64,000 bases of DNA from Octopus vulgaris (taxonomy: Eukaryota): contig OX597814.1 of the NCBI GenBank assembly GCA_951406725.2, positions 128,464,001 through 128,528,000 of the forward strand, given 5' to 3'. Within the stretch, counting starts at the first letter, position 1, and each line of letters starts with the position of its first letter. Below the pieces are notes generated by a model. It ran no database searches, was not told the DNA's origin, and worked only from the letters and a program-made list of their open reading frames with translations. The position numbers and the translations under genes were made by a program. This document shows, one piece after another, positions 13,328 to 26,645 of the stretch.

Positions 13328-13850
13328 ATGCGTGTGTGTGTGTGTGTGAATATGTAGTATGCTTCTTTCAGTTTCTGGGTACCAAATCAACCCACAAGGT
13401 TTTGGTTGGTCTGTGGCAAAAAAACATTTGGCCAAGGTGCCACATAGTGGAACTGAACCCAAAACCATGTGGTGGGGAAGCAAACATATGTATTTGTCTG
13501 TTACTTGTAACATTGTGTTGCCTTATGCATGTGGGTGTTAGAATATGTAGACTAGCAATTTAACTTCAGCTATCTGTATGTATACAAACATCAATGTGTA
13601 TACAGTTGCTTACAAACCAACTGACTTCCGACACACACAAACCCCGTCACAAATAATCCTCCACTTCCTCCTTCTTATTATTCTCTTTCCACTTCCAACT
13701 TTACTCCCTCCAAATATATTTTCTTTTCTTTCAGACAAACAGATTAGTTTCACAGAAACTAATCCATCACTATTTCCAGACTTTCATGAACTACAAACAA
13801 AAAAAAAAAAATTGCCTCTTTCTCTAGTTAAAGATTTGGGTGAGAAGATT

Positions 13851-14045
13851 CTTTTACTCTTTTATTTGTTTCAGTCATGTGACTGTGGCCATGCTGAAGC
13901 ACCACCTTTAGTCGAGCAAATCGACCCCTTTGTAAGCCTATTCTATCAGTCTCTTTTGCCGAACTGCTAAGTTATGGGGATGTAAACACACCAGCATCGA
14001 TTGTCAAGCGATGTTGGGGGGGACAAACACAGACACACAAACACA

Positions 14046-14092
<47 letters not shown>

Positions 14093-14130
14093 GACGGGCT
14101 TCACTTACCACACAGCCACTCCTATGCCTA
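13851..14130 (-). mobile_element. tRNA/CORE-like SINE, internally deleted
   Basis: Shares tail and head with the full copy at 16143-16679. Confidence 0.75.
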
Positions 14131-14244
14131 TATTAGAAAAATTTTACCATATGAATTATGATTATAATTATCACATTAATATCTACTTTTCCATGCTTTG
14201 TATGAGTCAAATAAAATTTGTTGAGGCAGATTTTCTATAGCTGG

Positions 14245-14280
<36 letters not shown>

Positions 14281-14796
14281 CATGGCAGGTTTCTTTCAGT
14301 TTTCATTTAACAAATCCACATGTGTGCATGTGTGTGTGTATGCATGCACAGACTTTCATACATATATGCATAGGCATGCATAAATATATTTTGTTAGCTT
14401 GCAATGGAGAAAAGCGACTAGTGTCCTCGGGAGGTGACATTGATATAATTAATGTTCAGTTTGAAGATATTATAGGTCAATGCTTAAAAAAATTAGATAG
14501 GTAGGGAAAAAGTTCCAGAGGATAAGAATCGGAAGCAACTGGGTGAAGTATTTAGTGCAGGACCATAAAAGTTAAACACAGAGAGGGTCAAGGGGAATGA
14601 AGGGAGACAGGCAGTGGAGCAGATACGCAAGAAGCTAGTTCAGTGGAGCAACAGCTGTTGTAGCAGCATTTGAAGTATTCAAGAAATTAGATCATACATC
14701 TATGAATGTGGTGTGTAGGGAAATGAATTAATGTCAAGTAGTCAGGCCTGACTCTGAATTTGGTCTGAAGTGTTTGTGCATGTAACAACAATGTCA

Positions 14797-15220
14797 TCTC
14801 TCTATATATAAACGGCAGTTTGTGTGTCTGTCAGGTTGTACCCTCACCCTGACCACGGCTTTCAACCGATTCTGATGAAACTTGACACACACATAGCCCA
14901 ATGTCATAATTCAAAACTAACGCAGTGAAAATTTTGAAAAGTTCCCCCAGTTCTGAAAAAAATCGATAAATTCGACATGGGGTCGAGAATCTAAGCTTTT
15001 CATATGCAACACATTTTCTGTCTAGGGGACACAACTCGACTTTTTTATCGCCCAAAGGGACAGCTAGGAACATCGTATACACAGAAGTATTCGAGTGAAG
15101 AGAAGACATTGCAACCTACACATGCGCCTTCGTTCCCTAGAGGGAAAGGACTAGATTGGGATTAGTCGTTGCCTACTAGGGGCTCTTACATACTCGGGCA
15201 ACGCCGGACTATGCTGCTAG
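14797..15220 (+). mobile_element. Non-autonomous Helitron
   Basis: A|TC 5' end, subterminal hairpin-like CTCGGGCAACGCCGGA, CTAG|T 3' end, no TSD. Confidence 0.8.
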
Positions 15221-15360
15221 TCTTATATAAGTGAACAGTACTGCTGGGTGGGTAATACACACGCTTTGGAACAGAGCTGAGTTAGAGAGAGCAGTCTGGA
15301 CAGCAATGATAGTTTTAATATAAAGGGTGAGAGATTTGTACCAGGGTATAATATGAGGAT

Positions 15361-15620
15361 GGAGGTGCAATGGCCCAGTGGTTAGGGCAGCGGACTCGCA
15401 GTCGGAGGATCACGGTTTCGATTTCCACGAGGCTCCGGCAGGGGGTGGTGGTGACCCCTGCTGTACTCTTTCGCCACAACTTTCTCTCACTCTCTCTTCC
15501 TGTCTCTTGAGTAATGCTGCGATGGACTGGCATCCTGTCCAGCTGGGGGAACATATACACCACAGAAACTGGGAAATCAGGCCCATGAGCCTGGCTAGGC
15601 TTGAAAAGGGTGACGTTTAT
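15361..15620 (+). mobile_element. tRNA-derived SINE (OR-like), internally deleted
   Basis: GGAGGTGCAATGGCCCAGTGGTTAGGGCAGCGGACTCG head closely matching 31615-31991. Confidence 0.75.
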
Positions 15621-16142
15621 CATTATAATATGAGGTGTGATTGACATGTTAGTAAAAGGTGTCAAGTGGGATTCAAGTTGGACTGAAGTTTCTGAACATT
15701 GTCATAGAGGAATTGTTTAGCAGATTTAACAAGATTCTTGTATTGTGAGCTGTTCATGCTTGCAGTAGTTTTAGTGAAGGAAAGGGAGAAGGATAGCCTT
15801 ACTTTGGTCTATATAAGTTAGTCAGTTAATAAGTCAGTGCATGCAACATAGCCCTCAGACTCTTGGACTCCAGCTATGAACTAAGGGACTAACAAACATT
15901 TATGTACCAACTGATGTGTGTGTGTGTAAGTGCACATGAATGTTTGTGTATATATATGCAGATATGGTGCCAAATGGTTAAGAAGCTCACTTCACAATCA
16001 GGAGGCTCTGTGTTGAATCTCACTAATGGTATTTTGTTGTTTCAATTGCAGGACCCGATGGTGCATTGTGTTCTTCAGCAAGACACTTCATTTCATGTTG
16101 CTCTGCAATCACTTTGACATCTGACATGTGACATGCTAAGTG

Positions 16143-16318
16143 GGCGTAGAAGTAGCTGTGTGGTAAGTAGCTTGCTTACCAACCACATGGTTCCGGGTTC
16201 AGTCCCACTGCGTTACACCTTGGGCAAGTGTCTTCTACTATAGCCTCAAGGCCGACCAAAGCCTTTTGAGTGGTTTTGGTAGATGGAAACTGAAAGAAGC
16301 CTGTCGTATATATGTATG

Positions 16319-16356
<38 letters not shown>

Positions 16357-16679
16357 CATACATACATATGTATGTATATATATTAGCCAGTACGGCTAAT
16401 AATTCGCTTACCACTTGTGATGGTATTTTAATAATACCATCCCTATATTTATTTATGTGTGTGTGTGCATTTGTGTGTCTGTGTTTGTTCCCCCAACATT
16501 GCATGACAACCGATGCTGGTGTGTTTACATCCCCATAACTTAGCGGTTCAGCAAAAGAGACCGATAGAATAAGTACTAGGCTTACAAAGAATAAGTTCTG
16601 GGGTTGATTTTCTTGACTAAAGGCAGTGCTCCAGCATGGCCACAGTCAAATTACTGAAACAAGTAAAAGAGTAAAGAGT
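16143..16679 (+). mobile_element. Full-length tRNA/CORE-like SINE with internal microsatellite
   Basis: tRNA-like head with B-box-like GGTTCAGTCCC, CORE-like CACCTTGGGCAAGTGTCTT, and tail GTGCTCCAGCATGGCCACAGTCAAATTACTGAAACAAGTAAAAGAG. Confidence 0.85.
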
Positions 16680-17774
16680 ATTGTGTTGTATTACACATGA
16701 AGATTGGATTTCTTTCCTATGTAGCGGCAGAATTACACTGAGAAGTAGAATTTCCTGTTGTAAATGACAGATGAGGGTTCCACAACTTCTGGCTTAACAA
16801 CTGCCCAAATAATTTGTTTATAGTGATCAAATGTATGTGCTGGACATTAGCTCACCCTCTCCATCAAATCAACATTGTATGTTCAAGTACTTGGTGGGTC
16901 ACATGTCAGATGTCTAAGTGATTGCAGAGCAACACGAAATGAAGGGTCTTGCTGAAGAACACAATGTACAATCAGGTCCTGCAATTGAAACAACAACCTT
17001 GCAATCATGAGTGCAACACCCTAACCACTAGGTTATGTCCCTTCACACGCTGAGAGGTACTTTGTAACAAACAATAACATTATGCAAGGGAATAGTAGGG
17101 GACAAATACAGACACAAAGACATACACAAATATATGTGTATATATACATATAAATTTAAAATAATAAGGGTGAAAAATTGAATATTAATTTGATTAATAT
17201 CAATTTAAAACCAGTGGCCTAGCATACTGAAAAATCTAAAGATTCAGAAAAATTATATTACATACATATAAGAGGGATGACCCACTAAGTGGACATCGAT
17301 TATGCTTGAAGTAGACCCCCTATGGTCTTACCACTAAGAAAAGATTGTTCTCAAGAAAATTCAGCAAATGCCAGAACATAAGCGAGCAAGACAAATGAAA
17401 AGATACAAAATATATACATTTATATTTTGTATCTTTTCATTTGTCTTGCTCACTTCTAACCTAGATCCAAGGCTCCTTCATTGGAATATGGTGTAAGTCA
17501 ACTTTATTGAAGTATGACCACTTCTGTGTAGTACTGGTTGCAATCATCTTAAAAAACTGAAGAAAATAGTAGTGGGTTCTCTATAGAAGATCATATAACC
17601 TCTAGCCTAAGCTATAGGAATTACATTACTGTAGTTAAAAATGACATTGTTAAATATTAAGATTTCATTAGTCATTTAACTGCAAATCTAAGAAGTTGGC
17701 ACTCAGCACATGGAAGATGGGCATCTGCCAGAGTCTGTATGGCTTCAGAGAGGGCTGAGGGGCAGGTCATTTGT

Positions 17775-18160
17775 AGACTAATCAAGACCTTTGACATTGT
17801 CAGTTATGAAGGGCTTTGGGAGATCATGGGTAAATTTGGTTGCCTGGACAAATTCATCAGCATGGTGCAACAGTTGCACAATGGCATGTTTGCTTGGGTG
17901 CTGGACAATAGAGATTCTTCTGATGCATTCCCAGTCACTAACGGAGTCAAGCAGGGTTGTGTACTCACACCTACACTGTTCAGCATAATGTTGGATGCCT
18001 TGTGCAACAGCAACAGAACCAGCATGAAGATCAAACTCAAGACTGATGGCAGACTCTTCAACCTGGGAAGGCAATAGACCAACACCGAAGTGGAAGAGGA
18101 TTCAATGCGTGACTTCCTGTTTGCAGACGACAGTCCACCCAACACTGCCACAGAGGCCTA
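17775..18160 (+). pseudogene. RTE (BovB-like) RT relic
   Basis: KTFDIVSYEGLWEIMGKFGC...FPVTNGVKQGCVLTPTLFS...FLFADD, with a stop. Confidence 0.8.
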
Positions 18161-18791
18161 GATATATACATATATATATATAAATACATACACGCATTCT
18201 TTCTATCTTATTGATGTGTAGAAAAAACAAAGGGAGAGAAACTCCTGATGGATGATTTCATGGTTTGTTGACTGCTCCTTAGATAAGACATACCCAGCTT
18301 CATTCCTCAATCACTACATAAAGCAGACATAAAATAGGCTAGCACCAAAGTGGATTATCTAATTTGCATACTCGTAATTTTGACATTTTATCACTAGTTT
18401 ATGTTCAATACAGTGTAGACTGATAACAGCGAGGAAGACATAAACAGAAATAAATCTAAATATTGGTTTCAAATTTTGGTACAAGACCAGTAAGCTGATT
18501 CCAGTGATCCACCCCAGTGCTCAAGTAGTATTTATTTTACCAACCACAAAAGTATAAAAGGCAAAGTTGACCTCAGTGGAATTTGAACTCAGAACATAGA
18601 GGCAGCCAAAATGCCGTTAAGCATTTTACCCAGTGTGCTAACGGTTCTACCAGCTCACCACCTTAATAAATCTAAATATTAAGAAGATTCACTGTGGGTG
18701 TAATATAAATGTAAGTACCTTCTTTCCTTATTATTGATGGAATATGGGAGGTTTTGAAATATCTAAATTTCTTTCATGAGACATTGTTCAA

Positions 18792-19010
18792 CCCTTTCGT
18801 TACCAACCCAGCTGAAACCAACCCTGGCTGAGTACAAATGTCTTGTTTTCATAAGTTTTGAATTAAAATCTTCCACCAAACCTTAGTCACAATTTATGTT
18901 CCTAACACTTACTGAATGATAACTAAGTTATTTTACTAAATTCTTTGTTATATTTAAAAGTAATTGAAAGAATCAGAGAGCATCTCAAAATCAATACAGT
19001 AATGAAAGGG
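18792..19010. mobile_element. piggyBac-like MITE
   Basis: CCCTTTC...GAAAGGG termini, TTAA on the right and TCAA on the left; inverted sister copy at 53514-53704. Confidence 0.7.
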
Positions 19011-19148
19011 TTAACTTAAGACAAGCTGTCAAAAGCACAAGCAAGCAAATTAGACTATCTATTAATGTGCTACTCAATATATGTGTGGTGTGTTATGGTG
19101 TGGAGAAACGTGTGAAGGTAGGCTGGATGTATATTTGAAGGTTTAAAA

Positions 19149-19375
19149 CAGTGGTTCTTGTGGCCCATAAGGGTCCGTATAAAATTTTGTTGCTAAAACT
19201 TATCAGCAATTAATTAGTCATATTTCTACAATAAATTATTTAAAATATAATTTCTAATAATATTCAACTATACAAATATAATAGGATTTTTTAAACATTG
19301 AATGGCTATGAAGGTCCTGTAAAGTAAGACAGGAATCAAAGGGACCCATAGACAGAAAATGGTTGCGAACCACTT
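19149..19375. mobile_element. hAT/Charlie-like MITE
   Basis: CAGTGGTTC...GAACCACTT termini; imperfect 8-bp TSD GTTTAAAA/GTTTAACC. Confidence 0.6.
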
Positions 19376-21363
19376 GTTTAACCCACAAAGCGCTGGGATT
19401 TGTACTTACATAGCATGGGCTGCTGAGCACAATCAATGAAAATGAGACTGCCATGCATACATAAAAAACAAAAAATAGTTAAAATATCTTCTTAGTATAC
19501 AATGATAGTAAGTTGATAGCGTTTGAATGACATTCGACTCCCAACAAACGCCCATAAATTGAATGCATCTATCTGGGCCACGATCGTGGTCTGTCGACCG
19601 CTGCCTGACGGCCACGATCGTGACACGTCGCGCTTTATGTGTTAAAGTCAGGCGGTGTTTCAATGTGTCTGTAAGTGCGTGCACATAGGAAGTGAGTAGT
19701 TATATCCACGTGCCAGTTTATGTGGGTGTATAGATGGATGGGATAGTGCTATACAGTAAACTGGGTGTGTACAAGTGTAGTGTAATATGGAGTGAATGTA
19801 TGAGGACGAAATGCAACGTAGTAGGGTGGCGTTCGATTATCTTGACTAATTCTTGACGATTATCTTAACAATTCCGAAGGTGTGGAAGAGCAACTGAGGC
19901 AGAAAATAACACACGCACACACATACAAATATATGTAAGTAGGCGAGCATGTGTGTACATACATCGAAATACAATATAAACACTTGATAAGATTTATTCT
20001 AAGCATTTACATGGTAATTTCGCATGCTTCAGATACTGAAATGAACCAGACGAATTATTTCCGGTGAATTAAGTTTGAATGAAGCCAACTAGTCAACCAA
20101 AACTTTCTATTAATCTATCAGTATATTTGTTTTATATGTGTGTGACATGATTTATGATACAACTAGAAAGATTAATAAAGTTTCTGAATTTGAAAGCAAA
20201 ACTAGTCTCCCCCACCTTCGCCTCTCCCACAATTAGGAAAAACAAAAACTAATTATAAATGAGTCATTAAAGCACATCGGGTCTTGAATGATTATGCTGT
20301 TGAACTGTCAATGTTTCCCTTTCAAAATGATTTTCTTCTCAATTACCAAAGCTATGAATGCGTGTGTGTGTGAAGAAAGAGAGGGCGAGTCAGGTATTTC
20401 AATGTGGAATATTTATGTAATTAAATTGCAGAATAGTTATTTTATATATATAATTGAAAAAAGGTTCCGATACTATGTATGTGTAGGAAGAACCCATTAA
20501 GGTAAACTTAAATGTTAGTAAATTTTGTATTCTGTTATAAACCACAGACCTTTGCGTGTTCGCTCGGCCTGTTAGAAACAGCAGCTAAATTTTCATCGCA
20601 TCTTTTCAACTCTCTCAATTAAGGAAAGGCACTCTATCTACAATTCAAAGACATCTAAAATGTCTTTGACCATAGGATGTTCAATCAAGGTTGGCCTGGG
20701 TTAAACGAGGACACGTCGAGCCAATGTAGGGGCTCGACCTGCTAACTCCAACCAAATTTCCTACAATCCATATCCTAGTATCTTAAATAAGGAAAGAACA
20801 CAGACACTGCATGCATATCCCTATAAAAGAGGAGATAGACTTTGATCCCGAATCTATATGATAGGGGTTGACATGGGTTTAAGCATCAATAACACCAATT
20901 TGACTAGCACTTTCGTTAGAAGCGGCACAAAATGCCTCAAAGACTTTCTTAACAGTTCTCTTTAACTTCAGTTCATAAATAAATAAATATCCTCAAATAA
21001 AACTCACATAGCATATCAAACACAATTACATTTAAGTTTTAGAATAAATAGTTCAACACTTCAACAAAAGAACATACGCCTACCGCTCGATAATCGATCC
21101 CTGTTAGACGACAAATGTTGTTACTATTTGTGCGACAAGATTGAAGTATACTATACTATGTACTACTGACACCTCACTATCTGAAATAAATAAATTCGAG
21201 AGAAACAACAAAACATTATTCTAATATCGAGGTATATCTATATATGTGAGTATCAAAACAGGTTCCGGGTGAAGGTCTTATTGTTTTTTACCCACCAAAG
21301 AAATATAAACAATAAGTTTCAGGTGGAATGCAAACAGGAAATATAAATTAAAGTTTCACTTAC

Positions 21364-22020
21364 CCCAAAAAGACCATTTTGCAAACCAAATGGAATTGGT
21401 GTGAGCCTAGCCAAAGCGATGACTTTGTATCCCTGGGGGCCTTCCACAACTTTAATGACAGCCTCTAGTTTTTTACTGTAAAATCTCACGGTTATACATC
21501 GACAGCAGGTCCTCAAAACTAAATAAGCAGTTGATACACCGACAGCCCCACATGTAAGTACAACAAAGATGCCACGAAGGAAACCGTATACGTAACCTGT
21601 GGTTAACAACAGTAGAAAGTATCCCCAGGCAATGGGGAAGCTGACAAGTGTGTACATACATAGAAAGGCTAAGTAACTGACAATTGCATCTGTATGTTCC
21701 AGCCATAACAACATGTCTTTAACATAACTCTTGAAAAATATCAGCAGCAAACAGATTATTGAAATAACTGTCAATGAAACGATGGACATATGACCACAAT
21801 TTGTGGCCGAAGGGTCGCTGTAAAAACTATCTTCAAGAACTGACTGTCCACTGTTGAGATTTAGGGAATGACGCGGAGAAGACGCCCCAGAGGAAGCAGA
21901 GGAGTTTGTCATCAATGAAGATTTACAAGGTGTTAGATTCTGCATCTTCGACATCTCCGAACTTCCAGGCTGCTGAGAAAAGAAAACTTTTTCCAGCGAA
22001 GATAAATCTCCGAATATCAT
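21364..22020 (-). CDS. TMEM64: TMEM64-like transmembrane protein (VTT/SNARE-associated Golgi domain), coding exon 1
   Basis: Ser-rich N-terminus, several hydrophobic helices, VSFPIAWGY and [20 protein letters not shown] matching the vertebrate TMEM64 motif [20 protein letters not shown]. The exon ends in phase 0 at GGG|GTAAGT (donor 21363-21358), so the last 14 aa of the ORF-track ORF are intronic. Confidence 0.9.
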
Positions 22021-22299
22021 TTATGTAAAGTTGTGTGTAAGCGATATATATATATATATAGTTCAAAGTCTCTTTAAAGATATAACTTTAAATGAAAGAA
22101 AACAACAATAAAAAACGTCACTTGAAATTATTCATCGTTAACAATGGGTGTTCAATGGGAACCGTAATGTTTAGTAAATAAATAAACAAATAAATAAATC
22201 ACAATTATTCATTCATTAAGCTGATGTCCACAAACTTTCCTCTGAAGTATCTTCATGCTGGCATCAGCTTGTTAAAGACAAAAAGTAAGTTTTCTAACA

Positions 22300-22620
22300 T
22301 GTTCATGTTTACGGCGTTTTATAAGAACTCCCAGATTTTCACAACCGTTGATGTGGCTTGACACTTGATTTACTGTGTTAATATGTCCGTTTGAAAATAA
22401 TAAAGGTTTATCGCGTGATCCATATCAGTAATACGTCTGTATAACATTTGTTGCTGCCGACCTCATTCGGCGATTCGTTTCTTTAAGTTCCCTGGGCATT
22501 TGGATATCGCTTCGATGACAGGCAAAACTAATGTATCTTGTTACGATGCATCGTCATTACTTTCTCCTGTCATTACAGTTACGTGTGACGTAACGAGTTA
22601 TTTCCCTTAGTAAGCAGAAT
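22300..22620 (-). promoter_or_regulatory. Candidate TMEM64 promoter/5' region
   Basis: Locally CpG-rich and repeat-free, just upstream of the ATG; GTTACG-N5-CGTAAC palindrome containing CRE-like TGACGTAA at about 22578-22594. Confidence 0.35.
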
Positions 22621-22790
22621 TTTACCGATTCTGTTTCTCATCATAATGGTGTAACTAAGCAACATATCCACTGAGAATTTTATTTAACCCTTTGCCAATT
22701 TCTCACATTACTTAATGTTTTATGAGTTAGATTGAAATGTTTGCATGGCATAGTTTCGCCTGTGGCATAGTTTCGATAGTTTCGGTTGTA

Positions 22791-23718
22791 GTAGCACAGA
22801 TTTCCGTCGATTTCCGTAAAAAACTTTTATTTTTTTACATAAGTAATGAGAGCGAAAGAGACTAAGAGGAAGCGATTTTACGACGAGAAGGTTTCACTTT
22901 GAAGTCGGCCTGTGTGTGTTTGATGGGGTGTGGGAGACAGACAGTATGTTGTGTAAGTGAAGTGCTTCTGTTAGTGTGTGTGAAGAGACAGACATACATA
23001 TACACATACACCGAGTAAAAAATTACTATGAATCGGCCATACATACATACATACACACACACACACATACATAGATACATACACACACACACATACATAC
23101 ATACATACATACATACATACACACACACATACTTACACACACACACACACACATAGATACATACACACACACACATACATGCAGACATACATATACACAT
23201 ACACCGAGTAAAAAATTACACTGAATCGACCATACATACATACACACATACATACATACACATACACACATACATAGATACATAACATACACACACACAC
23301 ATACATGCAGACATACATATACACATACACCGAGTAAAAAATTACGATGAATCGGCCATACATACATACATACACACACACATACTTACACACACACATA
23401 CTTACACACACACACATACATAGATACATACACACACACACACATACATGCATACATACATATACACATACACCGAGTAAAAAATCAGTTATCTCTCTCT
23501 TTCACACATTACTCTCTCTGTCTCTTCGCACACACTAACAGAAGTACTTCACTTACACAACATACTGTCTGTCTCCCACACCCCATCAAACACACACAGG
23601 CCGTCTTCAAAGTGAAACCTTCTCGTCATAAAATCGCTTCCTCTTAGTCTCTTTCGCTCTCATTACTTATGTAAAAAAATAAAAGTTTTTTACGGAAATC
23701 GACGGAAATCTGTGCTAC
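22791..23718. mobile_element. Foldback-like element with ~200-bp inverted arms around a CA/TACA-rich internal tandem repeat
   Basis: 22791-22992 is the near-perfect reverse complement of about 23517-23718; same family as 39662-40084. Confidence 0.85.
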
Positions 23719-24099
23719 GACATGCGAAACTTCGCCGTTTGCATATATTGAGAATATTCTTTTAATGCACTCTAACATATGTCATATACATTTTTCATTC
23801 CAAATATATTTCTTAAATGCAAAAGCCGAAATATTTTTCTGAAATTGAAAACGAAAAACTTTTGCTAAAGAAAAAAAGGCAGATTTAATAAATATAATGA
23901 TTATATCATATTAAAGTGATATTTTCCCTTTAAACTAAGATATTTTACCAATGTGTGAGAAACAATTGTTAATAAATGTAGATAAAAATGTAAAAAATAA
24001 ATTTTAGTTGTAAAAATATTACAACAAAAGATCAAAGTGTTTATTATTTAATATTGAAACAAATCATGCAAAAAATATCATTATTTATTTATTTATTGA

Positions 24100-25626
24100 C
24101 TAGCAGTATCGCCCGGCGTTGCTTGGGTTTGTAAGAGAAATAACTATATAAGCATTTTTAGAGACTTACTTCCCTTATAGATGCCAATTCGGGCTTTCTT
24201 AGCCATTTCTGTTTTGGTGTCTTCAAGCCATGAAGTCGTTGTTCTAAAAGAACGCTGGTCTCCTTGACAACGCATTACGACGTTGATCTCCTTAAACTCC
24301 CTTCCCCACAGCTTCACGAGGGAGGGAAGAAGGGGGAGAAGCAAACATAAGTGCAGGTGTTTGAGCGTGGACGCCAACTCCGCCGCCATCGACACACGAA
24401 AAATTATGCATTAAAATGGAATAAAAAAATGATGTTAAATTATTTTTTAAATCGTAGACTCATCGTAGACGCGCGCTAATAGCCAGACGGGCTCGATATT
24501 AATCACGACTATAAGATACCCGAATTTGGTTAAACTGCACCGCAAAATGTGGGAGGAGTTAGGAATCTAAATCGTAGGAGACAGACACTCACACAACTAC
24601 AGTTTTATATATATAGACTAGCAGTATCGCCCGGCGTTGCTCGGGTTTGTAGGGAAATAACTATATAAGCATTTTTAGAGAGTTACTTCCTTTATAGATG
24701 CCAATTCGGGCTTTCTTAGCCATTTCTGTTTTGGTGTCTTCAAGCCATGAAGTCGTTGTTCTAAAAGAACGCTGGTCTCCTTGACAACGCATTACGACGT
24801 TGATTTCCTTAAACTCCCTTCCCCACAGCTTCACGAGGGAGGGGAGAAGCAAACACAGGTGCAGGTGTTTGAGCGTGGATGCCAACTCCGCCGCCATCGA
24901 CACACGAAAAATTATGCATTAAAATGGAATAAAAAATGATGTTAAATTATTTTTTAAATCGTAGACTCATCGTAGACGTGCGCTAATAGCCAGACGGGCT
25001 CGATATGAATCACGACTATAAGATACCCGAATTTGGTTAAACTGCACCGCAAAATGTGGGAGTAGTTAGGAATCTAAATCGGAGTAGACAGACACACAAC
25101 ATTACTTTTATATATAAAGACTAGCAGTATCGCCCGGCGTTGCTCGGGTTTGTAAGGGAAATAACTATATAAGCATTTTTAGAGAGTTACTTCCCTTATA
25201 AATTCGGGCTTTCTTAGCCATTTTTGTTTTGGTGTCTTCAAGCCATGAAGTCGTTGTTCTAAAAGAATGCTGCTTTCCTTCACAACGCATTACGACGTTG
25301 ATTTCTTTACACTCCCTTCCCCACAGCTTCACGAGGGAGGGAAGGGGGAGAAGCAAACAGGTGCAGCTGTGAGCGTGGACGCCAACTCCGCCGCCATCGA
25401 CATACGATGCATTTTATGCATTAAAATGGAATAAAAAATGATGTTAAATTATTTTTAAAATCGTAGACTCATCGTTGACGTGCGCTAATAGTCAGACGGG
25501 CTCGATATGAATCACGACTATAAGATACCCGAATTTGGTTAAACTGCACCGCAAAATGTGGGAGGAGTTAGGAATCTAAATCGAAGGGGACAGACACTCA
25601 CACAACTACAGTTTTATATATATAGA
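24100..25626 (-). mobile_element. Head-to-tail trimer of non-autonomous Helitrons (24100-24617, 24618-25120, 25121-25626)
   Basis: Each unit on the minus strand: TC(T)...CCC(G/A)AGCAACGCCGGG hairpin...CTAG; outer junctions A|TC and CTAG|T. Confidence 0.9.
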
Positions 25627-26299
25627 TATCTTGGATTATTTCGTTTTTGGATTTGGTTTGCGAGATTCTTTATTTGAGCTTGTGTGTTGAAGCATATTCT
25701 GTTGTGTCTGGGAAGAGTAATTTTCTTTTTGAGTCTTATAATGTAACACACTAACCAGTAAAATTTCCACTTATTTCTTATTTTTATTTTCCTAAATAAG
25801 AAATAAGTGGAAATTTTACCGGTGATTGGATTATTTTGTTTAACCTTTTCCTTGGGATTTTTATGATTATATGCTGCAGTAATTATTTTGAAACAGCAAT
25901 GGTCTTAAATACAAATTTGTTATAATCTTTTCTTGGAATTTTGCCTTCAGACCTTGTTCTAGTCCAGCATTTCTAAAAAGAAGTTGCCGTGAGGACTGAA
26001 AAATGAGAATAGAAAATGTTTAACAAAATTAAGGAGGTTTTAAGCAAATATCTCCTATACTTTGGTGACTCTTTTATTTCCCAAACCAAGAGCATAACTC
26101 TAATGAACTAAAAAGTTTTCTCTCTCTCTGCATTTGACCTGGACGTCTTTATTTCAGACTTTTTACGACACCCACCATCACCACCACCATTCATACCAAC
26201 ATGGACTATGAATGCTAAACGATGAAAAAAGTCTACAGGTGCTAAAATCTGCTGAATAGGGCTGGTGTGGAAATTATATTATTTCATTTTTTTATGAGA

Positions 26300-26645
26300 A
26301 ACTCATGAGTGAGGAGAAGTCAGTGAAGAATCCAATTCTTCACCCTTTACAGATCCAGTTGCTTTCAAAACGTCACACTAGAACTCTCAATTGATGGTCT
26401 GGCCCTGAGGGACAAATTCTCAATGCACAATACCACATTTCCAAGGGTGATGCTCATGGCAAGTCTTCCACATTGCTCATCATCTTCCAGGGACATTCTT
26501 CCACTTTTGAAGTGACCATGCCACTCAATACATTGCCTATGACCCATTGCCTCATTACCATAAGCTTTTCTAAAGCATACTCAATGTCTTTGTAGCAGAC
26601 TTTCCAAGTGTAACACAAAAAAATTTCACATTGGCTTTTTGTTCA
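26300..26645 (-). pseudogene. Mariner transposase relic (N-terminal HTH and part of the catalytic region)
   Basis: QKANVKFFCVTLGKSATKTLSML and EWHGHFKSGRMSLEDDEQCGR match mariner N-termini; frameshifted and internally deleted. Confidence 0.8.

Noticed and set aside
21319-21363. C-terminal VSETLIYISCLHST of the 233-aa ORF
   Set aside because: Read-through past a consensus GTAAGT donor into the intron.
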